A DNA stretch of 63,199 bases, filler included, from Atractiella rhizophila (taxonomy: Eukaryota): the NCBI GenBank assembly GCA_021432655.1. It is 4 parts of 4 records of this genome, joined end to end, with 100 filler letters (N's around TTAATTAATTAA, not from the genome) between each part and the next. Parts side by side here need not be neighbours in the genome. Positions count along the whole stretch, not along the records: positions 1 to 30,062 come from MU271657.1; 3 more parts are not named here. One strand, 5' to 3'. How positions within the stretch are numbered: position 1 is the first letter of the stretch; every line of letters begins with the position of its first letter. Below, piece by piece: positions 1 through 14,623 of the stretch. Below the pieces are notes generated by a model. That model did not search any database and was not told the origin of the DNA. It worked only from the letters and a program-made list of their open reading frames with translations. Position numbers and translations under genes: made by a program.

Positions 1-581
1 TCAACCCAACATTTATTGGTAGGCTTTCGGTCCACCCTGCGCTCTTCTCATCATTCCTTCTCGTAGTCGGACACCCACAGCTCATGTCCCCTCTGGCGAA
101 GTACCACCGTTCAATCCCTGGTCTCTGTGAGAGGTTCGAAGCGTTCGTGGCAACGAAGGAGATCTGCAACGCGTACACGGAACTGAACGACCCATTCGAC
201 CAACGTGCCAGGTTCGAAGAGCAAGCGAGGCAGAAGAGTCAGGGTGATGATGAGGTTCAAGACCTCGACGAAACATTCCTGAATGCTCTTGAGCACGGAC
301 TCCCTCCGACTGGTGGCTGGGGAATGGGTATTGATCGGTATGATTGTTCTCTCATGTGACAGAGGGAGGCGTACTGAATGGCACGCTGTCACCGCCAGAC
401 TCGTTATGTTCCTCACGGACAACGCTAATATCAAAGAGGTGCTTTTGTTCCCCGCCAACAGTGCGTTCACACTTCCTTTCTCGACTCCATGTTGATACTT
501 TCTACAGAGCCAATTGCGAATACCAGCGCACCTGCACCAGCTGCTGCCGCTCAGGCTGCTGCTTCTCATAGCGCTGCTTAA
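1..581 (+). CDS. KRS1: Lysyl-tRNA synthetase, C-terminal part (5' end outside window; 3 introns)
   Basis: Spliced translation gives [70 protein letters not shown], matching class II LysRS motif 3; stop TAA 579-581. Confidence 0.95.
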
Positions 582-720
582 AGCACCAGAAACACTATCT
601 CTTCTTCTGTTAACATGTTCGTCTTGTGCTTGTAGAAAATGGATTCTCGAAATTTACGCCATCTTTCCTCTGCCCGATTCTTGCACCGATCGAGACAAAT
701 TCACGCATTTGGGACATCTA

Positions 721-2286
721 CTACAACTTTGCACGACTCTCTTCCTCGTTTCCAAAGGAAATAACCCCGTTCGCGCGCAGGCCGTGAACCTCCTCTTCTC
801 TCCAGCCTAACTCCTTCAGAACTTCTTCTGTATGCGTTCCAGGCTGCAGAAAGTCAGGCTGACCAACCTTCCTTACTTCCATCCTACTGAGATTAGGTGC
901 CACTTCTGGCGCCATCTGGGGCACCTCCCAGTCAGCGAGAACAGGGATCACGCAGGCATCCTTATCGTGAAAGATAGAGTCCCATTCATCTCGCGTTTTT
1001 GTGAGGAAAACGGATTTGAAAAACAGTTCGAGTGCTGGCCATACGGAACGATCGTATTGGTTGTGCATTGCTTCCGGTGGTGGACTGAGAGTAGTGGATG
1101 ACAAAAGGGTCGTTCTGTTCTATTCTTTATTAGGATTCACAACGAAAGGAGGAGAGGAATGGCTGACAAGAAAATCTGGTAAAATTGAGGTTCGATGCAG
1201 CCTACACTGACATATTTCTGATCCTTGGTTTCGTACGTTCTGTACCACTTTCGTATCCATGAGCCTGATACCAGAAACGGAGAAAGTACAACTCACAGGT
1301 GCGCCTCCATCCAACCAATTGTCACCGCGACCTCCTTGAGTTAGAACAGGATTCCCAGCCATTCTTCCGAGTAAGACAAATGATGAGACATATCGTGCTC
1401 CATTCACCTTTCAAGGTATCACTAATGTCTCAAAGCTGAACAATAAATAGAACAAACCATGTCTGCCGTGACCACTTGACCTTTTCCGCTCTTTTGCTTC
1501 TCGATATGGGCAAGGATAATACCGAGAGCGCACATCAAGCCTCCACCTGCAAAGTCACCTGGCAAACACAGAAACCCATCAACCAAGGCTTTTGCGTTGT
1601 AGCGAGGACATGGAAAAAAAGAACCAAGAAAGTTCACAGGCGCAACAGGCGGTTGCCCCTTCGGTCCTATGAGGCTGAGAACTCCCCCGGCAGCCAGATA
1701 GTTGATGTCATGTCCAGCCAGCTGCTCATACTTTCCTGTCACTTGAGAGTGAGAGTCTCGCAGGAACATGGTGTTAGATCATACCACCACGATCAAATCC
1801 GATCATTCGCGCGTAAATAAGTCCTGGATTCAGAGCAGACAGCACCTCCGGACCCAAGCCTAGACGCTCCATGACTCCCGGACGAAACGGCTCGATAATA
1901 ACATCAATGGGTGCTTCTTTTATTATTTTCTTGATGAGTTCAATTCCTTGTTTGTCCTTCAGGGATACCGCTAGAGATCTCTTCCCTCTTCCATGCGACG
2001 CAACGAGTTAATCGAAATGAGAAGTGGGAGAAAGAAACGCGTACCTGCAAAGGACGTCAGTGCTTGCTCCTGACAATTTGTCCACCCGCACAACGTCAGC
2101 TCCCCAGTCAGCAAGGATCACTAATGTATAGTGTTCAGCCTAAGAAGAGAAGGTATAACGGCCCACAAACTGCCTGCAAACGGCGCTGGGGCGAGACCGG
2201 CAAACTGCTTCCAACTCAGTTGCACTATTTCTCTACCATTGAAGACTCACCTCAAGGACTCGCATTCCTTTCAAAGGCAATGCCAT
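721..2286 (-). CDS. Alpha-methylacyl-CoA racemase / family III CoA-transferase (CaiB/BaiF), peroxisomal
   Basis: Exons encode MALPLKGMRVLE, AGHDINYLA, DFAGGGLMCALGI, RGDNWLDGGAP, KTRDEWDSIFHDKDACVIPVL; ends -SRAKL (PTS1). Confidence 0.9.
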
Positions 2287-2650
2287 CTTCCTAGGCTATT
2301 TAATTCCTTGAATGAAGGTCGAGGGCGGATTCTGATGCAATTTCCTCAGACTTTGAATTCTGGTAGCTGGCAAGCTTCTCGTATTTAGCCCAAACTGCCT
2401 CCAGTTATTCTCCTCAGTTCACAAGCTAATGGTAGTACGAATTTGCGAAATCTGTGGCCACAGTTATTTCAAGTTACCCCATCAACCACATCCTGTGGTG
2501 CAGGGCCGGCAATTTCGGTCACTTCCTTTGCCTAATAAAATATTTGAAATTCCCAAAGCCTCCTTGTTCGCTTTTCTGTGTTGGAATAAGGTTAAACATT
2601 AACGACGTAACGCGACATTTTTCTGGTTCCGTGTATCGTTTATATCCATC

Positions 2651-3157
2651 ATGGTAAGCAGTATATCGCTCCCGTCCTTGAATATTGCTCACGAAGACAC
2701 TAGTTGATGTTTTCGGTCTTCAAAACTTTGACGGACCAAGTGGTGGTTGTGGAGTTGAAGAATGACCTTTCAATCCAAGGAACGCTCAAATCGGTTGATC
2801 AGTTCGTCTGCATGTTGATCTCCTTGCCTCTACACACTCACAGAAACTCTAAACATTCGCAGATTTCTCAATATCAAGCTCGATAACATCAAAGTGTTGA
2901 ACGAGGAACGACATCCTCATATGGTTTGTCGCCTGCTTTTCGATGTCCCCCGTTCTGAGAAGTACGATAGATGGCAGTAAAAAACTGCTTTATTCGCGGC
3001 TCAGTGATTCGATACATCCAGCTCCCGCGATCAGCAGTGGATACCACACTCCTGGAGGATGCGACACGTCGCGGTAGGCAGTTGATCCATTTAAATATTC
3101 CAACCAAGCTGACAGGGCGTTTTGGGTACAGAGGCACAGAACGAAGGAAAACGGTGA
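2651..3157 (+). CDS. LSM2: U6 snRNA-associated Sm-like protein Lsm2
   Basis: ATG-only first coding exon, then LMFSVFKTLTDQVVVVELKNDLSIQGTLKSVDQ|FLNIKLDNI..HPHM|MAVKNCFIRGSVIRYIQLP..LLEDATRR|EAQNEGKR*. Confidence 0.93.
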
Positions 3158-3187
3158 TACTGTGTATCAAAAAAGAAAATTGGCATC

Positions 3188-4518
3188 TCAAAGTTTGGAA
3201 TGGGCAGCCTTCACTTCCAGCACCATCTTCCCCGTGTTTTTCCCCTCGAAAAGTCCCATCAATCCCTCAACCGCGTTCTCTAACCCCTTGAGACGTGTCT
3301 CCTTCGACTTAATCTTCCCCTCGCTGATCCATTGCGAGAGGTCTCCGATGGCTTGGGGTTTCCGGTCGTCGTAGTCCATGACAATGAATCCTAAGCATTC
3401 AGTAGGTTCAGTATACGAGAAAGAGTGACGACAGCAAAGATTGACCTTGCATCTTTGCCCGTTGTCCTATCAAAGCCAAGTAATTTGAAGGACCTATCGG
3501 CTTTTTGTTATAATCTGAGATTGCACCGCAAAGAACGACGCGAGCGAAAGGCTGAAGTCGGGAGAGAGCGAGGTTGAGTATCTCGCCACCCACTTTCTCA
3601 ACGGTTCAGTACTTCATGTTTGTTAGACAGAAGGTAAGACAGACCGTTATCAAACATAACGTTGAGGTATCCGACCTTTTCGCGGAATTGTTTGGCGAAG
3701 TCTTTGTCCTGTTGACCCATATTGTCATTATGATGCATGTCTTTGTACAGCAGCTTGCGGCTTGAGAAAACGACTCACCTTGTAATTCAACGCGACGTCG
3801 ACGCCAATATCGTTCTCTAACCATGCACACTTGTCTGCGGAACCGGCTACAGCAATGACCTTGCAGTCGAACACCTTTTTAGCCTACTCATGAAATTGTA
3901 TTCAGTGCCTTTCAAATAACGAAGAATCAGGTGCGTACGATTTGGCAAGCGACTATCCCGACTGAACCAGCAGCTCCAGTCACCACGACAGTTTCACCCT
4001 TCTTGATTTGCGCGATATCCATGAGACCCCAATAAGCAGTCTGTCCGGACCCTCCAAGAACTCCCAGCCAGTCTGTGGGCTGAACTCCTTTTGTCGGAGC
4101 GGGCAGCTTCTCGATGAATTGGGGGCTCATCCATCCGCACTCTTGCCATCCCAAGCCACCCATCACAAGGTCGCCTTTCGAGAACCCCGGCGCGTTCGAA
4201 TGGAGCACAGTCCCCAGGCCGTACGCTCGCATTATGGCACCTAGCTTGACAGGAGGTACGTAGGATCGGTTGTCGTTCAGCCAACCTCGCATAGCTTCCA
4301 GCCGCAGGTTCAGTTAAGTGCCAAGCCAAATTAGAATATGAGGGCTCACCAGGATCCAAGGAGAGGTAATGGACCTCTACAAGCACCTTCCCCTTGGCCT
4401 CCTCCGAAGAAGGAGAGGGAACAGGCACTTGGGAGACTTTAAAGGTCTCGCCGGGAACGATAGGTGCGAGACCAGGTCGCTTCGCTAACGTAATGATGGT
4501 TTGGGAAGAAGGAATCAT
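3188..4518 (-). CDS. NADP-dependent alkenal/prostaglandin reductase-like oxidoreductase (MDR superfamily), PTS1
   Basis: YLSLDP|AMRGWLND.RSYVPPVKLG, GQTAYWGL, VVVTGAAGSVG, CGAISDYN, GLFEGKNTGKMVLEV; ends -AAHSKL. Confidence 0.92.
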
Positions 4519-4936
4519 GGTATACAACTAGGAATGGGAGGGGAAGAGGGAGATTGGGAGAGGTGAGAGGCAGCAACGAAGGAAATGGCAAACGAAAGGA
4601 CTTTTAAGCAATGATTGAATGCATGCACCTCCGGTCAAACGGTCGCCGACCCGGCTGGAGTTACGCATACGCGGTGTGTTCGTGGCGTCCCGATGTAATA
4701 TTGGCAGGAAGTTATATCAATCAAATGCGTATCAACGCTGCATCAGCAGGCCCCAGCCTATATAATATATATAGTACTTGACGTGTGCAGAGGAAAGAGA
4801 GGAAGCAATGTTGCCATGACCACAGCCAGATTATTCATTGACCTGGTTCGCCTTTCTAAAAGAGCAGGGGACAAATAAACATAGAACGGAGACGCGCAGA
4901 CAGGTAACACCAAGATTAAATGTGTTTCTCGCCTTT

Positions 4937-7900
4937 TTACCTCCACTGCGACCAGACATGAGTTTCTTCTCTGAAGTGTAAGCGTAGGAAAAGACTTGCT
5001 GTGTCATTGACAGTGATAGTTTGACCCGCCGCAGGTGAGGTAATCGATCTGTTTGGATCACTACTCCATTGCATAAGTGCACATTACTGCTTAAAAAAGG
5101 AAGTATCTCACCTCTCCCACGTCACAGGTTGGCCGTTGCTGTAAGGCTCAGCTGTTCTCTCACGTCAAAATAAATCCTTGGTTGGAAAAGGATAACATGT
5201 ACTCTTTCGAACGTATCTAGTACATGGCTAAGATTTGGCCGATTGGAGGATAGAGACAGTGACTTACTTGTATTGAATGGCTGTATTCGCAGGGACTGTG
5301 ACGGTCACAGTCCAGGTGGGGTAATGTGGATTTGTTAGTGGCCCAACTGCGGTCCATGGATCCCACGACGACAGTTCAGCAATCGAGCCAGTGAGAAATA
5401 TATTTTCTACCAACAGGTAATCAGTTACCAATACAACCAATGATTTGAACGGACCTCCAAAAACCGTCGTAGCTACGACATTGAATATAATGGTAGCCGT
5501 GCCTCCTGTAGGTGGAGTTGTACCACCATTGCTTTTAATGGTCCCGCTGAAAGAGCGTCAGTTAGAAAGCGAGGTAATAAACGCAATGCTAACACATAGG
5601 CATTATAAGGCTATTTCAACATCAATATTTGCTGAGAGAAAAGCCCAACGACATACCTGAGCGCTGTTCTGGCAAGTGGAAGTAATCTGTTTCGGCGATG
5701 TTCCACTGAGCACGTTGACCCCATTGCGCTGAACCTGGACTAAATCATACGTTAGGCATAGTGGTGAATACTTCCGGTGCAAGGCTTACAAGATTGCGTG
5801 CCAACTCCCATTGGACCAGAAACCGTGTGAATTCCAGAGCTGACGGTTCTCGTAACTGTGTTCGAACCGGAGGTGATGACGACGTTGGAGGTAGCAGTGA
5901 CCTATCGATAACTAAATTGTGGCTCCCTGGTATAATGTGAAGGCAGAACACGTACCAGGACAGTAGCAAAAACTTCGTCAGCATCAAAATCAGCTCCAGT
6001 GGGTCTACCAACAGCGTCGTTGCATGCAGCACTCTTAGGCGACGTTCTATAATAGTAGACTATTTCTTCTGTCTGAGAGAACGAAGAGAACGACATGATT
6101 AGAGAATAAGGTCAATAAGAAGAAGAAAATACCTACGGATACTGTGGGGGCGGATGCTCCGTCTAGAAACATGCTCAGCAAAGCAGGAGAAAGTAACGAC
6201 GGCGGCATTCACTCTTGAAAGCGGTAATGTACGGTTTGGCGACATCCTGCCATCCGTCATGCGGCATACTTCACGAGGCTTGAGTTTGATCCGATATAGG
6301 TAACAAAAGAAAAGCACACTCGGCAACCTAAATAAGGCACGTAAAGCTCCAATTTGACATCGAGTGAGCAAACGAACCCATTTCTTTGCTCCATTGTCTT
6401 GACCGTTTGGTGCATAGACCTGTGGAAGGTCTGGATGGAGTGGTCCCTGATAACGCGCTGAGAAACGTCGAAATGAAACCGAGAAAAACAAACGATATAA
6501 TGGGATTCACCAAAGTCGTTCCAAGTAATAATCTTTTGGACTGTTCAGTAAAATGATCCACACGTAACCATCTATTCACTCACCTCGACAAATTGCGGCC
6601 CAACAGAGAGAACTTGGTCCCATCTCGTGTTCCACAGCCAATCGGAGTAGAAGATCCAATTCTTGTTGTATGTGTCTATGTCTTTTCAACGCCGACCACT
6701 CAACAATGAAAATTATGAGACGAACCTGCGCCATAATGGGTGTAAAACCAGGGTGATACAGGCATCTAGAGATCCAGCAGTTGCAAACAACCTCTGTAGC
6801 AACAGAGGAAAGGTCGGGCGTACCATATATGGCTTGCCGGTGTTCTTGTACGCAACATCAGTAGCAGTGGTCTTGTTCGAGTTAATAGGCTGGTTGTTGG
6901 AGCTTGGCCACTACGAACAAATTCAGTTTGAGGTACCGTGGCAAATAATCACTTACTGCGTCCCAACTAGATTATACAATCTTTTCAGGGCCAAATTAAT
7001 AGTCAAAATGGAAGGGGAGGACGAACCTAAAACCACACTGGACGTTGCCTCTGCCATGAGTGTGAGTAAGTTCCACAACAAGTAGTTATGGATCTCACAA
7101 AGAGCCAGGTTGCCAGTTCGGACAAGCATAGAGGGTTAGTCCGGCTTGGGAACCAATCGAGTTCCAATCCACAGCCTGCTTTCTCCTTGAGTGTTGCTTG
7201 TGACATCAGACGAAGGAAGTGCTACATTATCGCCAATAAAGGTGCTAACAAATACAGCGTTGTTGTATTTGTAGGCAGCTGCCTTGTTCCCATAAGTTCT
7301 CAGATAAGAAGCAATTGTTGCAGAATCTGCACCGACGTCAGTTCGTCCGCCGAGATGGCGTAATAAAAAGATACCGCCCGAGTTCCAGTAGACGAAGTCG
7401 AAGCTGATAAACATTTTGAAGCCTGTTACTTCTCCGGCAGCATATGCGAATCCCAGTTGTTTGTCTAGTGAGGGGTGACGAATGAGTGTCTGATGTTGAC
7501 AAATAAGAGGGAGCTCACCATTGTAGTCATCTTTGCCTGAGTGCATAGAGTGTTGAGCAGTTCCCTGTCTTAGGTACAGGGTACAAACCAATGTTCAAAG
7601 CGAAGCTATTTGTGATCATTAGCCACTAGAGCCACATATCTATCTCAACTCAAAATACGTACGCATCTATACCAATCGCTTTTGCAGCTCGACAATCTGC
7701 TTCCCAGTGCTACCACGACTCTGAGTACCACTCTGTTTTCTTTAAGCTGAATCACACACTGATTGGTCATATGCGGCAACAATCCCAACCTGATTGTCCC
7801 GTCACATCAAGCGGATGAGTTTGGAATAATGAAAGTTACGTGCCATAAAATGAGCAAAAACTGCCCTGGCTCCAGTTTGTCTCTCTACCAAAGTTCCTTT

Positions 7901-7996
7901 TTCATGTTGGTTTTGCTCTGGTATAGACAGCGAAAATGATAAAGAGAAGAGACTAGAAGCTGTTAAAAACTTCAAGAAGATGTTTCGAAGCAGCAT
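4937..7996 (-). CDS. GH71 alpha-1,3-glucanase (mutanase) with C-terminal CBM20 starch-binding domain; many short introns
   Basis: Signal peptide, RAVFAHFM|VGIV, GFKMFISFDF, KNWIFYSDWLWNTRWDQVL, IITWNDFGESHYI, MPHDGWQ, IVYYYR. C-terminal CBM20: IFNVVATTVFGENIFLTGSIAELSSWDP..YPTWTVTVTVPANTAIQYKYVRK..VTWESDPNRSITSP..TVNDTWR*. Confidence 0.88.
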
Positions 7997-8720
7997 GTTC
8001 GACAGGCAGATGAACAAAATTCGATTGCGAAAGCAAACTGGGCCGACAGGACCATCCTTATATTATGTACAAACTAGCCCTCAGCTCCGACAGCGGTCAG
8101 CGAATCGGTTGTATGCTCGTCGGTGCAGATGATGACCTGGAGGCGGCGGAGATGTCGACTGGCAGTCTCACGGTGAAGGGTGCTCCGTCCGTGGACCCTA
8201 TGGAGCGCGTGCCAACGAAGACCTGCTATTCAGTTCTCAGAAGCAAGGTGATTGGCCCCATGTTGCGGATTGGTACGTGACGACACAGACGAGATGGAAC
8301 ACTGTGAACAGAGAGGATAAGAGTTAACAGGACAGAGAGGAGAAAAGGAGCTGGTCACTTCCAGGACACAAAAGATAGTACACCGCTCTCTGCTCGGAAA
8401 CTCCTTGCGCCTTCAAGTGTAACCTCAAACATTTGATTTCTGACTCATCAGGGCAGGCGTCATTCTGCTTCATGGACTCGATAAGTAAACAGCGAATGTT
8501 GGACTCTGAAATCTCTCGAGTTGAGAAACCGCAGAGGGCCACGATCGGCCACTAAATAGTGTACACGCCATGTTGCGTAGAGGGCATGCAATTGCAATGG
8601 AAGGTGAATAAAGCGAAACTACAAGACAACAACTAGATCTAACTAGTAGTCTGCACACACTACCCGCTCTGAGTTTCACGTGATGGTGAAACGTCCATTA
8701 CGACGCCTCAGATCAGACGA

Positions 8721-10139
8721 ATGTCGTATTTCTCGGCATTCTCATATGTCGCCTTTGCAGTTGTACTAATAGGCAAGTATTTACTTGCGTTTGCTGCTAG
8801 ATTGTTTTTTGACGGGCCGAACCTGGTGCAGCATACACTGTCCAAACTGAACTAGCTCAGAATATCCAGCGCACGTATACAGAGTCCTACCTCCTCTTGT
8901 GTGCTTTCACTTCCGTAGTAGTGACATAGGAGTTTTAATGATGTGCCGGTGGAACAGCTATTTGACTCATTCAGCTTACACACTCATCTTCCCCCTCCAC
9001 CTGCTCTTTCTTCGTCCCTCCGAATCCACTCTCCTCTCCCTCAAACGGACTCTGCACATTCAGTTCTCGTCATTCGACTCTACACAAGGATACCAGCCTA
9101 TCCAAGACAGTTCTTCGTTTAATTCCTCTTCTCGCCATTCCATTTCGTCAGCTTCACAGCACAATGAATGGGACTGGAGCGGATTCCCTTTCTGGAGACT
9201 TGGACTCATTTCCGGTTTACTCGCTATCTTAGTTGCTATTCCAGGAGGTACTTGGTACTATGCTGTCAGTTCTGCCCCTGTTTCTCCTTTCAAATGTCAA
9301 CGAGTGGCATGTGATATCGATAGGTTCACCTCACCACCGCAACAGACATCTCTGCGATCTACAACTCCAATTGCATATTCGCCTTTCTGTTCTCTCGCCT
9401 CATTTTCCTCCGTTCCGGCAACGCTGGCGGAGCAGCAGCAACCACCATCAAAAAGTCTCGGACAGAGCTTTACTCTGTCATTCTCGCGTCAATCGGTGTA
9501 TTCATTATCGCATATGGTTCTTCCGCGCCTTCAGACCAAGGAGAAGGTACTGGTGACAGCGATGAAGAAGAGGAAGTTGCGGACCAACGATTGCTCGGAA
9601 ACTTGCTCACCCTGCTTGGTTCTGCTACTTTCGGATTCTATGAAGTCTTCTACTCACGCTTCGTCTCTCCTACTTCCGTCATCACCGCTCAATCTCAGAT
9701 CAGTTCACCAGAGAAAGATTCGTCCATGCTCATACTCTACACTTCTTTTATGACCACCCTGATCGGCATCTCCTCCCTTATCCTCTTATCCATCCCATTC
9801 CTCTTCCTGCCCAAACCTTCTCCCCCTCCAGCTGCCCTCATATCCCAAATCGCAATTATGGTGCTCTGTGGAATGACCTTCAACGCTTTCTTCATCCTCC
9901 TCATCTCTCTCTGGGGACCCGTAACGGCTAGTATCGGGAACCTGGGGACGCTGATAACGGTTGCAATAACGGATTGGACGCTCGGTGGCAGGTTAGGATT
10001 GGAGACATGGATCGGGGGAGCCTGCGTGTGCGCCGCATTTGTTGGGCTAGCGTGGGAGGAGGGGAGGAAAGAGGAGGATGAAGGGGTGTCGTTGAGTAGG
10101 GATGAGGAGGAAGAGATTGGCGACAGACAACTGGTATAG
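8721..10139 (+). CDS. EamA/DMT-superfamily (SLC35F-like) membrane transporter
   Basis: Multiple TM segments; AYTVQTELAQ, FYLTHS, IPGGTWYYAVS, DISAIYNSNCIFAFLFS, LGNLLTLLGSATFGFYEV, LWGPVTASIGNLGTL. First intron is GC-AG. Confidence 0.8.
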
Positions 10140-10672
10140 GTACCTTCTACTTTGGTTCGTTTGCTGCTTTCAGTTCGTATGCAATCCACTTTCTACTTTC
10201 ATAAACTGGACATTTCGGTGCGGGCTGTTTGATTTCTATGGCTGATGGCACGACTCAATCAGCGTCTTTAATGATCTTCCACTTTCTGCTCAGTGTCTGC
10301 ACTGGTGCAGCATGTTGGTCCTTTCTTCTGCGCCATCTGGCATCCGCGTGCAGTCAAGCTGTCTGTCCCGTATCCCGTACCTGTGTAGCTTTCGAGCAAT
10401 CCGTGATCATTGATCATAAGAATTCGAAGATGAGAGTATTATTTTAGTATTCCAAGCATGCGGGAAGTGGACGGAAGTGACGAGTGCGGGGGAGGTTGCC
10501 CAAGTTTCGACTCCACATGGGTTTGGACTCGCCTCAACATGGCCAATAAACCCGAAATATTGCAGCCTGAAAGCGAATTTGTCTTGAAGCACGCTGCAAA
10601 GGATCTTGATCAGCCGAATCGATCATCAAAGCGTCATTCCGTTTGGCGCGGCTATGGCTATGGCGGAAAGAC

Positions 10673-10679
10673 TATAAAT
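10673..10679 (+). promoter_or_regulatory. Putative TATA box of the glucoamylase gene
   Basis: TATAAAT ~70 bp upstream of the signal-peptide ATG, followed by a CT-rich tract. Confidence 0.45.
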
Positions 10680-10745
10680 CCTCCTCAGGCTCCCTCCTTC
10701 CAGAAACAACTCCTCCTCGCGCTCGTCTTCTCTTTCGTTGGTCTC

Positions 10746-13162
<2,417 letters not shown>

Positions 13163-13353
13163 GTACTTGCCAGGATTGGACGGACTAACAGAGTGATGGA
13201 CAAGATCGTTATGTCAGTGATCTCATAGGTCTTTGACTGGGCGATATTGTGCGCAAAAATAAACACCCGTGTCAGTTGTAATCATATTTATACTTTCGAG
13301 CTTCCATTGCATGATGCTCTGCGCCTCAGCTTCACGACATTCGAAGACGGAGC

Positions 13354-14623
13354 TCATTGGGCAAGAATACCCTTCTCCTTCAAAGCAGCAATCACAGCAT
13401 CTACATCCTCAACCTTGCCACGAGACCAGGTAAGCATTGCATTTGTCAGACGAACGACGGTACGGAAAGCGCACCTTCTCACCACCTTTTCTCTCCGGAG
13501 GAGGAGCAACTTTGGTCATCTTCAGACGGGACTCAGTCTCGATTCCCAATTCGGAAATGTCTAGCGAGAGGACGGGCTTCTTCTTCGCCTGCAGTCCACT
13601 AGTCAGCTACTACGACCCCGTGAAGACGGAGGGGACACTCGCTTTCTATAACGGTTGGCGGTTGGAATAGAGAGAAGCGGGACGTGTTATCTCATTAACC
13701 TTTGAGAGGAGTCAACTACTGACCATGATATTCTGGAGCCTGTGCCATTCTTATGAGCACAAGTCACCTTAAATGAGAGAACCCACTTTGCAAATCTTGG
13801 TTCGTTCAGCCTCAGATCAGTGGACACGATTCCGGGCAAGTTGAACTTCATCCGCTCAAGCCCGCCATCAATTTCCCTGCTGCACTCCGCCTCCTTTCCA
13901 TCCTCGCTCAGCTTGATGCTCGAGATGAAGTTAGCAATTGGCCAGTCGAGTTTTCCTCCCAGCAACCCACCCACCGCACCGGAATCGTCATCGATAGCCT
14001 GTTTGCCGAGGATGACGAGGTCCCATTTCTCCTCTTCTTTCGCCAGCGATGGGTTTGAGAGGAGGGAGGAGAGGACGCGCGACACTATGAGAGGAGAAAC
14101 GTTCGCTGTGGGTGTCACTACATGGATAGCTGAATCCACTCCCAGAGCGAGAGAGTGACGTAGTACGTCGGTGGCTTTGGCAGGTCCAATGGTCAGAGCT
14201 GTGATGTTCGTAATCAATTTAGGGTGGCGCTCTCGAAGCCGTAAGGACTCTTCCACAGCTGTAAACCGAAGCAGGTTCATGATTCTCTTTTAAAATTCGC
14301 GAGAAAGTGACATACCTATCTCGTCAAAAGGATTCTGGGGAACACGTTAGAGTCAGCCTTCTCGCGTCAAAGTAGAAAGGAGCGGAAACGCACAATAGAA
14401 TGTTTCACCCCTTCCGTTTCAACGCCAGTCAGTTCTTTATTCACCCGAATTTTCCTGCAAACTAGTTAAATAAACATTTGAGTGTTCTTTAATATATCAT
14501 ACACGGCGTAATCGATTGTCCTATCCCGTTCAGAGTTAAAGGGATGCTCTAACGAAAAGGAAGGGAGGCATACCGCTTTACAGGTACCAGAACGCGAAGA
14601 AAAGAAGGAGCTGAAGGTCTCAT
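13354..14623 (-). CDS. CIR1: Electron transfer flavoprotein beta subunit
   Basis: LRVLVPVKRTIDYAVKIRVNK, KHSINPFDEIAVEESLRLRE, ILGKQAIDDD, REIDGG, TDLRLNEPRFA, NIM[K]AKKKP, ERKGGEKVEDVDAVIAALKEKGILAQ*. Confidence 0.95.

Noticed and set aside
6073..6583. Apparent 510-bp intron or hammerhead-like motif in GH71
   Set aside because: The region contains coding exons (IITWNDFGESHYI, GPLHPDLP, MPHDGW); no complete CUGAUGA/GAAA core with stems.
10458..10745. N-terminal membrane-anchor extension of the glucoamylase
   Set aside because: A TATA box at 10673 and a canonical signal peptide from ATG 10746 explain the locus better; the upstream frame is probably open by chance.
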